Below, piece after piece: positions 8,448 to 17,697 of a DNA stretch of 47,849 nucleotides (position 1 is its first letter; each line of letters begins with the position of its first letter). A program made the position numbers and the translations under genes. This DNA is from Nitrospirota bacterium (GTDB lineage Bacteria > Nitrospirota > Leptospirillia > Leptospirillales > Leptospirillaceae), in assembly GCA_027366615.1 (NCBI GenBank), contig DAHXNG010000030.1:1-47849 (forward strand), in the 5' to 3' direction. Below the pieces are notes generated by a model, which saw nothing but the letters and a program-made list of their open reading frames with translations, searched no databases and was not told the origin of the DNA.

Positions 8448-9002
8448 TCACCCCTTGACCTTCGACGATCGCGACTGAATCCACCGTTCCACCAGAAGGC
8501 CTCCGTTCTCGAGAAGCTCCGGAAGACGGAGCCGCTCCTCCCTGGTGAAGGGCGAAAGAACATACTGACTGATGTCGGCTCCCGGATAGAGGGGCCGACC
8601 GATACCAAACTTGACCCGGGCGATCGACTCCGATCCCGCGGCGGAAATAATCGAACGAAGCCCCCGCTGCCCCCCGCTTCCGCCCTTTTCCCGGAAACGG
8701 ACCATCCCGAAGGGCGTGTCGAGATCGTCGTGAAGCAGGAGCCATTCCGATGGGCTTTCGACTCCGTGCAGCCTGAGCCAGGGAACAACCCGGCCGCTCA
8801 GATTCATGAAGGTCTCAGGAAAGACGAGAAAGACTCTCTCCCCCAGCCAGTGGCCTTCACCGAAACGAATCTCCCCCTGCATTCTCCCCAGGGAGATCCC
8901 GGCAAGGGATGCGACATGGTCGAGAAGGATCTTTCCCGCATTGTGGCGGCTCCCCTCATAGTCGCTCCCCGGGTTTCCCAGGCCAATCACAGCCAGGGAC
9001 AC
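8448..9002 (-). CDS. pth: Peptidyl-tRNA hydrolase
   Basis: GLGNPG..Y..SRHNAG, TFMNLSG, HDDLD and GIGRP motifs. Confidence 0.95.
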   Translation of the reverse strand: MSLAVIGLGNPGSDYEGSRHNAGKILLDHVASLAGISLGRMQGEIRFGEGHWLGERVFLVFPETFMNLSGRVVPWLRLHGVESPSEWLLLHDDLDTPFGMVRFREKGGSGGQRGLRSIISAAGSESIARVKFGIGRPLYPGADISQYVLSPFTREERLRLPELLENGGLLVERWIQSRSSKVKG

Positions 9003-9015
9003 ACGTGCCTCCCGG

Positions 9016-9591
9016 CTAGGCTTCGGCCTTTGGCGGAATCACATGGAGAATGACCAAGCCGGGATCGTCGAGGACTGTGACTCCGGCCGGAAGGACCAGC
9101 TCACGGACATGCAACGTCTGGTTGATGTCGAGAGCCGAGCCATCGACCGTGATGTGATCCGGCATCTGGAAGGAGAGGCATTCCACATGGAGCTCGCGGT
9201 GGACGATATCGAGGATGCCGCCCTTTTTGACCCCTTCGGGGGCCGTTCCGATAACCTCGACCGGCACCTTGTTCCGGATCTTTGCCTTTTCGGAAACCTC
9301 AAGAAAGTCGACATGGAGGATTGTCCCAGTGATGGGGTCCCGCTGGATGTCGCGGACAAGGGTCAATGCCGTCCGATTCTTCTCCCCCCCCGTAATCTCG
9401 AGGTCGAAGAGACCGTTTCTTCCCGCATGGCCCTGCATCGCCTTTTCCACATCCTTGAGGAGGGCTGAAAGGGACTCTGCATTCCCGGAGCCGTATACCA
9501 CCGCCGGGATCTGACCGGCACGCCTGAGAGTCCTGGCCACGCCCTTCCCTGTAGACTCCCGAACCGAAACCTTGAGCTTGCTATGTTCCAC
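9016..9591 (-). CDS. rplY: 50S ribosomal protein L25/Ctc (long form)
   Basis: GKGVARTLRRAGQIPAVVYG, HVDF and GVKKGG motifs; SD AAGGAGG before GTG 9591. Confidence 0.95.
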   Translation of the reverse strand: MEHSKLKVSVRESTGKGVARTLRRAGQIPAVVYGSGNAESLSALLKDVEKAMQGHAGRNGLFDLEITGGEKNRTALTLVRDIQRDPITGTILHVDFLEVSEKAKIRNKVPVEVIGTAPEGVKKGGILDIVHRELHVECLSFQMPDHITVDGSALDINQTLHVRELVLPAGVTVLDDPGLVILHVIPPKAEA

Positions 9592-9651
9592 ACGTTCCTC
9601 CTTGCATTGACTGTTCGAGACGACACGGCCCGTCAACGGACGGGCCCTCAT

Positions 9652-10593
9652 TTAAATAAACAGGGAACTGACCGATTCGTCGTCATGGATTCTCCGGATC
9701 GCCTCGCCCAGGAGAGGCGCAATGGAGTGGACCCGGATCTTCCGACACTGTTCATCCTTTCCCATTATGGGAATGGAGTTTGTAACAATGACCTCGTCGA
9801 TGACGGAGGCGTTGAGACGCTCGAGCGCCTTTCCCGAAAGGATCGGATGGGTCGCCACCGCGACAACCCTTTTGGCCCCGGCATCAATCGCCGCCTGGGC
9901 ACCCTGGGTGATCGTGCCCGCCGTATCGATCATGTCGTCGAGGATGAGCGCCGTCCTCCCGGCAACATCACCGATGATGTTCATGACCTGCGACTGGTTG
10001 GGACCTTCCCGCCGCTTGTCGATGATGGCAAGGGGCGCCTGGAGCCTCTTGGCGAAGACCCGGGAGCGCTCGACCCCACCGGCATCGGGGGAGAGGATGA
10101 CGATCGTTTCCTGGCTCGCGATCCTTCGAAGGGGCTCGATCAGCACCGGAGTCCCGTGGAGATGGTCCACTGGAATATTGAAGAAGCCCTGAAGCTGGCC
10201 CGTATGAAGGTCGAGTGTCAGGATGCGCGAAGCCCCAGCGGTCGTGATCAGGTCCGCCACAAGCTTTGCCGTGATGGGAACACGAGGCTGATCCTTCCTG
10301 TCCTGTCGGGCATAGGCATAGTAGGGAAGGACCGCCGTGATCCTCTGGGCCGATGCCCGCTTAACGGCATCGATCATGACCAGGAGCTCCATCAAATGAT
10401 TATTGACGGGGTGGGACAGCGACTGGATCAAAAAAACATCATTTCCCCGGACATTTTCATCGATCCTGACACGAATTTCCCCATCGGAAAAAGAGGAAAC
10501 TGTCGATGTACACAAGGAGAAGCCGAGGTATTCCACGATCTCCTGTGCCAGTGCAATATTGGCGTTTCCCGAAAAAACTTTAATCTCTCTCAC
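9652..10593 (-). CDS. prs: Ribose-phosphate pyrophosphokinase
   Basis: FSDGE, PYYAYARQDRK, SPDAGG and DDMIDTAGT motifs. Confidence 0.98.
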   Translation of the reverse strand: MREIKVFSGNANIALAQEIVEYLGFSLCTSTVSSFSDGEIRVRIDENVRGNDVFLIQSLSHPVNNHLMELLVMIDAVKRASAQRITAVLPYYAYARQDRKDQPRVPITAKLVADLITTAGASRILTLDLHTGQLQGFFNIPVDHLHGTPVLIEPLRRIASQETIVILSPDAGGVERSRVFAKRLQAPLAIIDKRREGPNQSQVMNIIGDVAGRTALILDDMIDTAGTITQGAQAAIDAGAKRVVAVATHPILSGKALERLNASVIDEVIVTNSIPIMGKDEQCRKIRVHSIAPLLGEAIRRIHDDESVSSLFI

Positions 10594-10661
10594 AACGGTA
10601 TCCTGTTCTCCCGGTAACCGGCCAAGCCGACCCCACAATCAAAAACGGTAAGAAGAAAATA

Positions 10662-10736
10662 TGGTTGGGGCGCCAGGATTCGAACCTGGGAATGCGAGAT
10701 CCAAAATCTCGTGACTTGCCGCTTGTCGACGCCCCA
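10662..10736 (-). tRNA. tRNA-Gln (TTG anticodon)
   Basis: TGGGGCG/CGCCCCA acceptor stem, CGAGA-TT-TTG-GA-TCTCG anticodon arm, GTTCGAATC T-loop and encoded CCA; classic ispE-tRNA-Gln-prs position. Confidence 0.97.
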
Positions 10737-10775
10737 GTCAGGCGAAATGACAAAAACTCCCGATTCCCGGAAAGG

Positions 10776-11678
10776 CTAAAAGGAGACGGGCGGATCCTCA
10801 AGGAAGGCATAGATACCGGACCATCCACCGAGGTCTGAAACAATCCTGCCGGAAAGAGACTGCCCTTCCTCCCGGCTGTCACAGCGCGCAAAGACGGTTG
10901 GACCAGATCCTGTCATCCGCACGTTCCCCGGCCGATACCGCTCAAGAAATTCTATGCCTTTAGATATTTGCGGGCAAATAGAAAGAGCCGGGGCCTCGAG
11001 ACTGTTAAGAAGTTTTCCGGACTTCAAAAGACTACCAATTTTAATAGAACGGTCCTCTTCTGTCAATTCGCAGGGTCCCTGCACCGGAAAGCTCCCCGGG
11101 TCCAGCGCCTTGTAGACGGCTGCCGTTGGCAGGGGAACCCCGGGGTTCCAGAGCAGAATCGTTCCCGGAGAAGGAGGAGGAAGAGCCACAAGCCGCTCCC
11201 CCCGGCCGACACCCATCGCTCTTGGCCCTCCAAGAAAGAAGGGCACGTCGGACCCCAGATCCCGGCAGATGGACTCCAGCTCTTCCCGTATCAGGGGACC
11301 TCCAAGAAGGCGATTGCCTCCCCAGAGAACGATGGCCGCGTTGGACGACCCTCCCCCCAACCCGGCTCCGACAGGAATATGCTTCTCGAGGTCGACGGCA
11401 AATCCTCCCGAAATCGTCTCCCCTTTCTCCATCGCCTTTTTCAAGAGCGCCTCAAGTGCCAGGACCACGAGGTTTTTTCGGGGGTCCCCATCGACAGGAC
11501 GGCCGGAAAGGGAGATGTGGACGCCCTCGGCCCTCGTCCGTTCAAGCTTCAGGTTGTCGTAGAGGTCAATCATCGCCATCTCTGTCAAAAGCTCGTGGTA
11601 GCCGTCTGTCCGGCGGCACAAGATGAGAAGGGAGAGGTTGATCTTGGCCGGACTTCTCAAATATAGCGTTTTTGACAT
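10776..11678 (-). CDS. ispE: 4-diphosphocytidyl-2-C-methyl-D-erythritol kinase
   Basis: SPAKINL, DGYHEL, IPVGAGLGGGSSNAA, LGSDVPFF and MTGSG motifs. Confidence 0.96.
   Translation of the reverse strand: MSKTLYLRSPAKINLSLLILCRRTDGYHELLTEMAMIDLYDNLKLERTRAEGVHISLSGRPVDGDPRKNLVVLALEALLKKAMEKGETISGGFAVDLEKHIPVGAGLGGGSSNAAIVLWGGNRLLGGPLIREELESICRDLGSDVPFFLGGPRAMGVGRGERLVALPPPSPGTILLWNPGVPLPTAAVYKALDPGSFPVQGPCELTEEDRSIKIGSLLKSGKLLNSLEAPALSICPQISKGIEFLERYRPGNVRMTGSGPTVFARCDSREEGQSLSGRIVSDLGGWSGIYAFLEDPPVSF
11038..11066 (-). promoter_or_regulatory. Sigma70 promoter inside ispE, pointing at tRNA-Gln and prs
   Basis: TTGACA (11066-11061), 17-nt spacer, TAAAAT (11043-11038), within a locally AT-rich patch. 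Confidence 0.7.
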
Positions 11679-13072
11679 CACCTCCCCTTTTCCCTTTTCG
11701 AGTGAAGCGAGGGAAAGGTCTCCCCCAGCCACTGGCAAAACTCTCGTGCCGTCGAGGGCACAGCAACCGCCTCCCGATCGGTTTCCGCCGCAATATCCCC
11801 GATAGACCCGTCATCGACAAGGACCTCCGTCCCCTCCCGAAGGACCACGTCCGGGACAAGAAGAAGGGCGTCTGAGGGAAGCTCCGCCTTTTTTACCGCC
11901 CGGGAAATGTCTCCAGCCCCGAGAAGTCCCGCCACAGTGACAGACTCGCCCATCGCGAAATTTTCGACTCCCACCACCCGGACGCTTCCTTCCCGGACCT
12001 CCGATCCTTTTTCCCAGAGAGTCACAAGCTCGGACAGGGTGGAGCGAAAACCCATCCCGGTGACCAGTGCGAGGGGGCGGGGAAGAGATCCCGAGAGGCG
12101 ACGGATCCCGCCCTTCCACTGCTTCCGGAAGAGGGGAACCAGACCGACGCCGTTTCCCAACTGGGGAAGATCCCCGTACCGGGATAGGGAAGGAAAAGGT
12201 GTCTGTGCAATGATATACCACTCGTCTGAGGGGTAGATAAAAGGATCTCCCCACTTCTCCATGCCAACTTTCTGGAGTCCAACGATCTCTCGGATCATCC
12301 TTCCCGCAAACGCGCCATCAATAGGGGCAATGGGGGGCAGTCCTTCCCGGTGGGCGGTCAGGCCCACGGGAACCACCGCAAGAGAGGCCACGCGCGGGTA
12401 AAGGGCCGACAGATCCTCCCACGTCCTCCGTAATGCCTCCCCATCGTTCACCCCCGGCATGAGAACGATCTGGGTATGGAGGGTGATGCCTCCCTCGCAA
12501 AGTCTTCTCAGAAGGGGAATGACATCCGGCGCCCTGTCATTTTTGAGAATCACCCGGCGAAGAGCGGGGTCGGTGGCATGGACAGAGATATAAAGCGGGG
12601 AGAGGCGTTGTTCGAGGATCCGCAGGTAGTCTTTTTCGGTGAGGTTGGTGAGAGTTATGAAGTTCCCGTAGAGGAAACTGTACCGGTAGTCTTCGTCCCG
12701 GATATAGAGGGTCTTCCGGGCGCCTGAGGGCATCTGGTCGACAAAGCAGAAGGAGCAATCGTTCGGACAGCGCCGAATGGGCGGGGGATCGACCACGATC
12801 CCGAGGGAGTGGTCGGGATCCTTCCGGATACGAAGAGAGCGGCTTTCGGTCCCTCTCCTGTATCGGAGGCGGATCAGGGACTCAGCCTGAAAAAATTCAA
12901 GGTCGATGAGATCCCTGAGGGCGTTCCCGTTGATGTTCAGGACGCTGTCGTCAGGACGAAGACCGGCCTCCCATGCAGGACTCCCGTCTAGGACCTCCCG
13001 GACCCTAAGCCCCCGCGATTCCGGGCTGTCGAGACCCTCTCCGGTCCCATCAATCGATTCGGCCGATTCCAT
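11678..13072 (-). CDS. DUF512-domain radical SAM protein with N-terminal PDZ-like domain
   Basis: GSPAWEAGL (PDZ-like), CPNDCSFCFVDQMP, RDEDYRYSFLYGNFITLTN, SPLYISVHAT, VPVGLT and QLGNGVG motifs. Confidence 0.9.
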   Translation of the reverse strand: MESAESIDGTGEGLDSPESRGLRVREVLDGSPAWEAGLRPDDSVLNINGNALRDLIDLEFFQAESLIRLRYRRGTESRSLRIRKDPDHSLGIVVDPPPIRRCPNDCSFCFVDQMPSGARKTLYIRDEDYRYSFLYGNFITLTNLTEKDYLRILEQRLSPLYISVHATDPALRRVILKNDRAPDVIPLLRRLCEGGITLHTQIVLMPGVNDGEALRRTWEDLSALYPRVASLAVVPVGLTAHREGLPPIAPIDGAFAGRMIREIVGLQKVGMEKWGDPFIYPSDEWYIIAQTPFPSLSRYGDLPQLGNGVGLVPLFRKQWKGGIRRLSGSLPRPLALVTGMGFRSTLSELVTLWEKGSEVREGSVRVVGVENFAMGESVTVAGLLGAGDISRAVKKAELPSDALLLVPDVVLREGTEVLVDDGSIGDIAAETDREAVAVPSTAREFCQWLGETFPSLHSKREKGR

Positions 13073-13604
13073 TCTTGCCCTTCTGGACCCATGTCAGGCC
13101 CCTGTGGATGTAGTACCCCCCGGAAATCACCGACATGACGACCGCCCCCGTCTCAAGAAAGCGAAGAGCTCCGGGAAGAGGCATCCCGACAAGGGCCAGC
13201 GCCGCCGTTCCAAGATAGAAGACCTGGAAGCCGGTCGTCAGCTTCCCCAGAACATGCGGCTGGACGGGAATGGGACAGTCGATCAGCTTGAGAAGAAGCA
13301 CTCCGGAGATCAAGACGGCATCCCGCGCCACGAAAAGGATCACGACCCAGCGGGGAATAATCCCATAGATTCCCAGCGCCAGGGCCGACGAGGAGAGAAA
13401 GACCTTGTCGGCCACCGGATCGAGAATGATCCCCAGGTCGCTCCGCTGGTTGAGAATCCGGGCAAAAAATCCGTCAAGCCCATCGGTCAGCCCCCCCACG
13501 AAAAAGACCCAGAAGGCCCAGACCATGTTGCCATAGGCGACAAGGCCGAAGAAGACCGGGGCAAGAAGTATTCTGAGAACTGAAAGGACATTGGGAATCG
13601 TCAA
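13050..13604 (-). CDS. CDP-alcohol phosphatidyltransferase (PgsA-like)
   Basis: TIPNVLS.LR and the D..DG..AR...S.LG..LDPVADK signature; TTG start. Confidence 0.92.
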   Translation of the reverse strand: MTIPNVLSVLRILLAPVFFGLVAYGNMVWAFWVFFVGGLTDGLDGFFARILNQRSDLGIILDPVADKVFLSSSALALGIYGIIPRWVVILFVARDAVLISGVLLLKLIDCPIPVQPHVLGKLTTGFQVFYLGTAALALVGMPLPGALRFLETGAVVMSVISGGYYIHRGLTWVQKGKNGIGRID

Positions 13605-13611
13605 ATTGGGA

Positions 13612-14994
13612 TCAGTACCCCTTCTGCTCGAGAAATGTCACCTGACTGCGAATCCAGGCCGACCCGTAGCCGCCTTCTATAGCCTGTCGACCGGCATGCA
13701 CCTCTCCGATAGGATTCCCCATGGCCCCGAGCGCCGTCATCCAGTCCCGGTATATCTCCACCGAGCGGACTCCCCGGGCCACAAAAAGGCGGGCCACCTT
13801 CTCCGCCCTCCCCCACTCGCCCTTCTGAAGCTCGCGCTCGATGACGGCATGCGCCAGGACAAGCGAAGGATGGGGCCCTTCCATCCAATTCCGGTCGATC
13901 TCCTTCCGAAACCACAGGTCAGCCTCGTCACCCCGACCCAGACCGACAAGAGCGGCATAGGTCTCCCGGACAAAGGGCGGATGGCCCGGGAGAGGGGGAT
14001 TCCTGCGCTTGTAGAGTCGGATGGTTGCAAGAGCCTTCGCATAGCGCTTATCCCGGAGATCCTGGTGGACAAGTCCCCGCCAGAACTCTCTGTCGTTCGG
14101 AAACAGCGAGATTCCCTCGAAGAGAAGGTTCCGCTCCCTTCCCGGATCGCGCGCATCCCTCTCATCCCGAATCATCCGGAGAAAAAGGCCGGCGGATATC
14201 CTCCTAAGCGCAATGGCTCTCTCCCCCACACTCATGGCCATCCTGGGTTTGCCAGCGCTCATTTCGAGGCGGTACAATGAGAAATAGAAAGAGTCGGGTT
14301 CCACCCGACCGGCATTAAAAGCCTCTTCGCCTTTTCTGAGAGCCAGGTCGGTCTTTCCCCGGGCCAGAAGATCGGCGATCTCGTCGGGGAGCTCCTTGCG
14401 AATCTTTCCTTTTGGGCGGGGTGCCATCCGAACCATCATCAGGGAGATCGCCCGATCGATTTGGGGCTCAAGGGCAAGAGGCACTCCCCGATCAAGAGGA
14501 AATCTCACCGAAACAGTCGTCTTCGGAAAAAGAGGCGAGACAGACCAGCGGGTCAAGACGAGAAGTCCACCGGGATGATCCCTGTCGTCGTCCTTCCTGA
14601 CGCGGGCCTCAAGGATAAATCCGCTCTTCCATGCGGCAGCCGCCCGGGCATAGCAGGGGAAGCTCTGGCAGATCTCCGTTACTTGGTTCCCCTGATACTT
14701 CCGGAGACGCTTTTCCAGGGCTTCGCCGAAGAGAACACGGCCTCCGTCGCGCCGGGCGTTGAAGAGATCCCCCAGATAGAGCGTCAGCGCATCACGATCC
14801 GGGATAAGCCCGTCCGGATCCGCGACCGGAACCAGAAGGCCCCTCTCCGCGCGATGGGGATGAAGGGCCCCTGACCCGGCACAGCCCGAAAGAAAAATAA
14901 GGGTGAGGGCCCCTCCGACGATAAGACTTCCAAGGGAAGCTCCTTCAGGGACGCGGCCCCCGAGAAAACCGGTTCGACTGGACCAAGACAACAT
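13612..14994 (-). CDS. Hypothetical lipoprotein with helical (TPR-like) C-terminal half
   Basis: Long ORF co-oriented with the pgsA-like gene; lipobox-like LIFLSGC; repeated helical A..A...G patterns. Start is uncertain (14994 or 15015). Confidence 0.6.
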   Translation of the reverse strand: MLSWSSRTGFLGGRVPEGASLGSLIVGGALTLIFLSGCAGSGALHPHRAERGLLVPVADPDGLIPDRDALTLYLGDLFNARRDGGRVLFGEALEKRLRKYQGNQVTEICQSFPCYARAAAAWKSGFILEARVRKDDDRDHPGGLLVLTRWSVSPLFPKTTVSVRFPLDRGVPLALEPQIDRAISLMMVRMAPRPKGKIRKELPDEIADLLARGKTDLALRKGEEAFNAGRVEPDSFYFSLYRLEMSAGKPRMAMSVGERAIALRRISAGLFLRMIRDERDARDPGRERNLLFEGISLFPNDREFWRGLVHQDLRDKRYAKALATIRLYKRRNPPLPGHPPFVRETYAALVGLGRGDEADLWFRKEIDRNWMEGPHPSLVLAHAVIERELQKGEWGRAEKVARLFVARGVRSVEIYRDWMTALGAMGNPIGEVHAGRQAIEGGYGSAWIRSQVTFLEQKGY

Positions 14995-15034
14995 CGATCC
15001 AATTTTGCCCGACATAAAAGGAAGGACGCACCTC

Positions 15035-15670
15035 TTGAAATTCAAGATCAACTACACCCTCGCACTGATCGCACTGATCCTCATCATCATTGTCGTATCC
15101 ATCGGAAATCGCATCGCCACAAGCATGTACTACCTCAAGGGGTTCCACCTCATCGATACCGACTACCAGGTCACCCCTGGAACACAGACGATCGACGGCG
15201 TCACATTCACCCTGTCGTACATCCCCAAAAACTCTCCCTACTACAACTCTCTCGTAGCCGCAGAGTTCAACGCCTTCCTCGTCACGATCAGGAACGGAGG
15301 AGCAGACTACATCGACTTTGAGCCGATGAATTTTTTTCTGGAAAGGGGATCCAAAAAGATCGACCGGGCCATGAATGTCGACGAGGTTCAGGAGGGTCTC
15401 TCCAACGGCTTTATGGGATCGGCAAAACCCATTAGGATCGCACGAAAGCTCGTCGGAATGACCTATATCCCATCGGCCCGGGTCTTTCCGGGATATGAAA
15501 GGAGAGGCATTCTAGTCTTTCCAAGATTCATCAACAGCCCCGAACACTTTACCGTCAGGTTTGCCCACATGAGCCGGAAGACCGGCGACTTTCCCGATGT
15601 TCTCTTCAAGTTCGAAAAGGTCAAGGGGCAGCCGCCGGTCCCGGTTCCGCAAGCTTCAGGTGCCCGCTAG
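15035..15670 (+). CDS. Hypothetical membrane-anchored protein (possible DUF4352-like Ig fold)
   Basis: SD AAGGAAGGA before TTG 15035; strong N-terminal TM helix followed by beta-rich sequence (VTIRN...VFPGYERRGILVF). Confidence 0.72.
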   Translation: MKFKINYTLALIALILIIIVVSIGNRIATSMYYLKGFHLIDTDYQVTPGTQTIDGVTFTLSYIPKNSPYYNSLVAAEFNAFLVTIRNGGADYIDFEPMNFFLERGSKKIDRAMNVDEVQEGLSNGFMGSAKPIRIARKLVGMTYIPSARVFPGYERRGILVFPRFINSPEHFTVRFAHMSRKTGDFPDVLFKFEKVKGQPPVPVPQASGAR

Positions 15671-15681
15671 GCAATCCCCCG

Positions 15682-16986
15682 TCAGGCGGAGAGCGTTCCC
15701 GGATCTTCCCCGGGGACAGGAGCGTCTTTTTTCTTTTCCCCCCAGATCAGCGTGGGAGTCTCCTTCTCCGTGATCGCCCCCTCGGTGACGACGACCTCCG
15801 AGAGATTCGACAGCGAGGGAATGTCGTACATCAGGTCGAGCATGACCTCTTCGAGGATCGCCCGCAAGCCACGGGCTCCGGTCTTTTGCGTATAGGCCTT
15901 GTGTGCCACCGCGCGCAGAGCCTCTTCGGTAAAACGAAGCTTCACCTTCTCAAGAGCAAAGAGCTTTTCGAACTGCTTGACCAGGGCATTCTTCGGCTGG
16001 GTCAATATCTGGAGGAAGGCCGCCTCGTCGAGATCCTCGAGGATCGCCATGACGGGGAAGCGGCCGATAAATTCCGGGATGATCCCGTACTTGAGAAGGT
16101 CGTCAGGACGTGCCTCCATAAACAACTTCCCGGAGAGGACGCGGTCCTGTGCCGGCTTCGCCTCTGCCCCGAATCCCATCGTCTTGCGTGCCAGCCTCTG
16201 CGAGATGATCGCATCAAGCCCGACGAACGCGCCGCCGCAAATAAAGAGAATATTCGTGGTGTCGACCTGGATGAACTCCTGATGGGGATGCTTTCGCCCC
16301 CCCTGGGGAGGAACATTGGCGACCGTCCCCTCGACAAGCTTCAAAAGGGCCTGCTGGACCCCCTCCCCCGAGACATCCCGGGTGATCGAGGGATTCTCCG
16401 ACTTCCGGCTGATCTTGTCGATCTCGTCGATATAGATAATCCCCCACTCCGCCTTCTCCACATCATAGTCGGCAGCCTGCAGGAGCTTGAGAATGATGTT
16501 CTCCACATCCTCTCCCACATAGCCGGCTTCCGTCAGGGTCGTAGCGTCTGCAATGGCAAAGGGAACGTCGAGGATACGGGCAAGCGTCTGCGCCAGAAGG
16601 GTCTTCCCTGTTCCCGTGGGTCCGAGCATGATGATATTGCCCTTCTGAAGCTCGACATCCTCGGAGATCTTGTTCGCCCGCGCCCGCTTGTAATGGTTGT
16701 AGACCGCGACGGAGAGGATCTTCTTCGCCTTGTCCTGTCCGATAATGTACTGATCAAGTGCCCGCTTGATCTCGACAGGCTTCATAAGATTGGGTGCCGC
16801 GACCTTTTCCGGTTCGGCCTCCCATGCCTCAGCAATGATGGCCGCGCATTGATCGATACACTCGTCGCAAATATAGACACCGGGCCCCGACACCAGCCGC
16901 CTCACATCCTCCCGCCGCTTGCCGCAGAATGAGCAGGCTATCCCCGAGTCGCCGGTTCCGTTTTTATCTTTTCGATCCTTCGCCAT
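15682..16986 (-). CDS. clpX: ATP-dependent Clp protease ATP-binding subunit ClpX
   Basis: CSFC...CDEC zinc finger, [18 protein letters not shown] and RKHP motifs. Confidence 0.98.
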   Translation of the reverse strand: MAKDRKDKNGTGDSGIACSFCGKRREDVRRLVSGPGVYICDECIDQCAAIIAEAWEAEPEKVAAPNLMKPVEIKRALDQYIIGQDKAKKILSVAVYNHYKRARANKISEDVELQKGNIIMLGPTGTGKTLLAQTLARILDVPFAIADATTLTEAGYVGEDVENIILKLLQAADYDVEKAEWGIIYIDEIDKISRKSENPSITRDVSGEGVQQALLKLVEGTVANVPPQGGRKHPHQEFIQVDTTNILFICGGAFVGLDAIISQRLARKTMGFGAEAKPAQDRVLSGKLFMEARPDDLLKYGIIPEFIGRFPVMAILEDLDEAAFLQILTQPKNALVKQFEKLFALEKVKLRFTEEALRAVAHKAYTQKTGARGLRAILEEVMLDLMYDIPSLSNLSEVVVTEGAITEKETPTLIWGEKKKDAPVPGEDPGTLSA

Positions 16987-17023
16987 ATCCCCCCCCGATT
17001 CTCTTGCCTTTGGCCTTTAATTC

Positions 17024-17629
17024 CTACTTTGATGCCTTGTCGACATCGATCCTGTGAGACGTGATGACCGCATCGATCAGACCATAATCCTTGGCCTCCG
17101 AAGCGGACATGAAATAGTCGCGATCCGTATCCTGTGCCACCTTTTCGACGGGCTGACCGCAATGGTCCGCCATCATCCGGTTCAAATCAGCCTTGAGCTT
17201 CAGGATCTCCCGGGCATGGATTTCGATATCGGTCGCCTGCCCCTGGAATCCCCCCATCGGCTGGTGAATCATGATCCTGGCATTGGGAAGGGCGGTACGC
17301 TTTCCCTTGGCCCCGGCCGAAAGAAGAAAGGCCCCCATGCTCGCGGCCTGCCCGATACAGATCGTCGCCACATCAGGCTTTATAAACTTGATCGTATCAT
17401 AGATCGCAAGCCCCGCAGTGACGATTCCCCCCGGAGAGTTGATATAGAGATTGATATCCTTCGTCGAATCTTCCGACTCGAGAAAGAGCATCTGGGCAAT
17501 GACGAGATTGGCCACATTGTCGTCGATCGGCGTTCCAAGGATGATAATCCTGTCGCGGAGAAGGCGCGAGTAGATATCGTAGGCCCGTTCTCCCCTGTTT
17601 GTCTGTTCCACAACCATTGGTATAAGCAT
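17024..17629 (-). CDS. clpP: ATP-dependent Clp protease proteolytic subunit
   Basis: [19 protein letters not shown] and IMIHQP motifs. Confidence 0.98.
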   Translation of the reverse strand: MLIPMVVEQTNRGERAYDIYSRLLRDRIIILGTPIDDNVANLVIAQMLFLESEDSTKDINLYINSPGGIVTAGLAIYDTIKFIKPDVATICIGQAASMGAFLLSAGAKGKRTALPNARIMIHQPMGGFQGQATDIEIHAREILKLKADLNRMMADHCGQPVEKVAQDTDRDYFMSASEAKDYGLIDAVITSHRIDVDKASK

Positions 17630-17697
17630 CGAAAACACTCTCCCCGGCTAATGTGTAAGGGGAGACCCGCAGGGCCTCCCAGGATATCAAAGGGGCT

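Noticed and set aside
7349..8788. Apparent 479-aa YchF with an N-terminal extension
   Set aside because: The extension overlaps pth in another frame; GTG 8443 gives a normal 364-aa protein.
10640..10776. tRNA-Gln as an integration site for a mobile element
   Set aside because: Flanked by native ispE and prs; I saw no integrase and no duplicated tRNA 3' end.
14880..14994. SRTGFL as a twin-arginine (Tat) signal in the lipoprotein
   Set aside because: It lacks the second Arg, and the start codon is uncertain.
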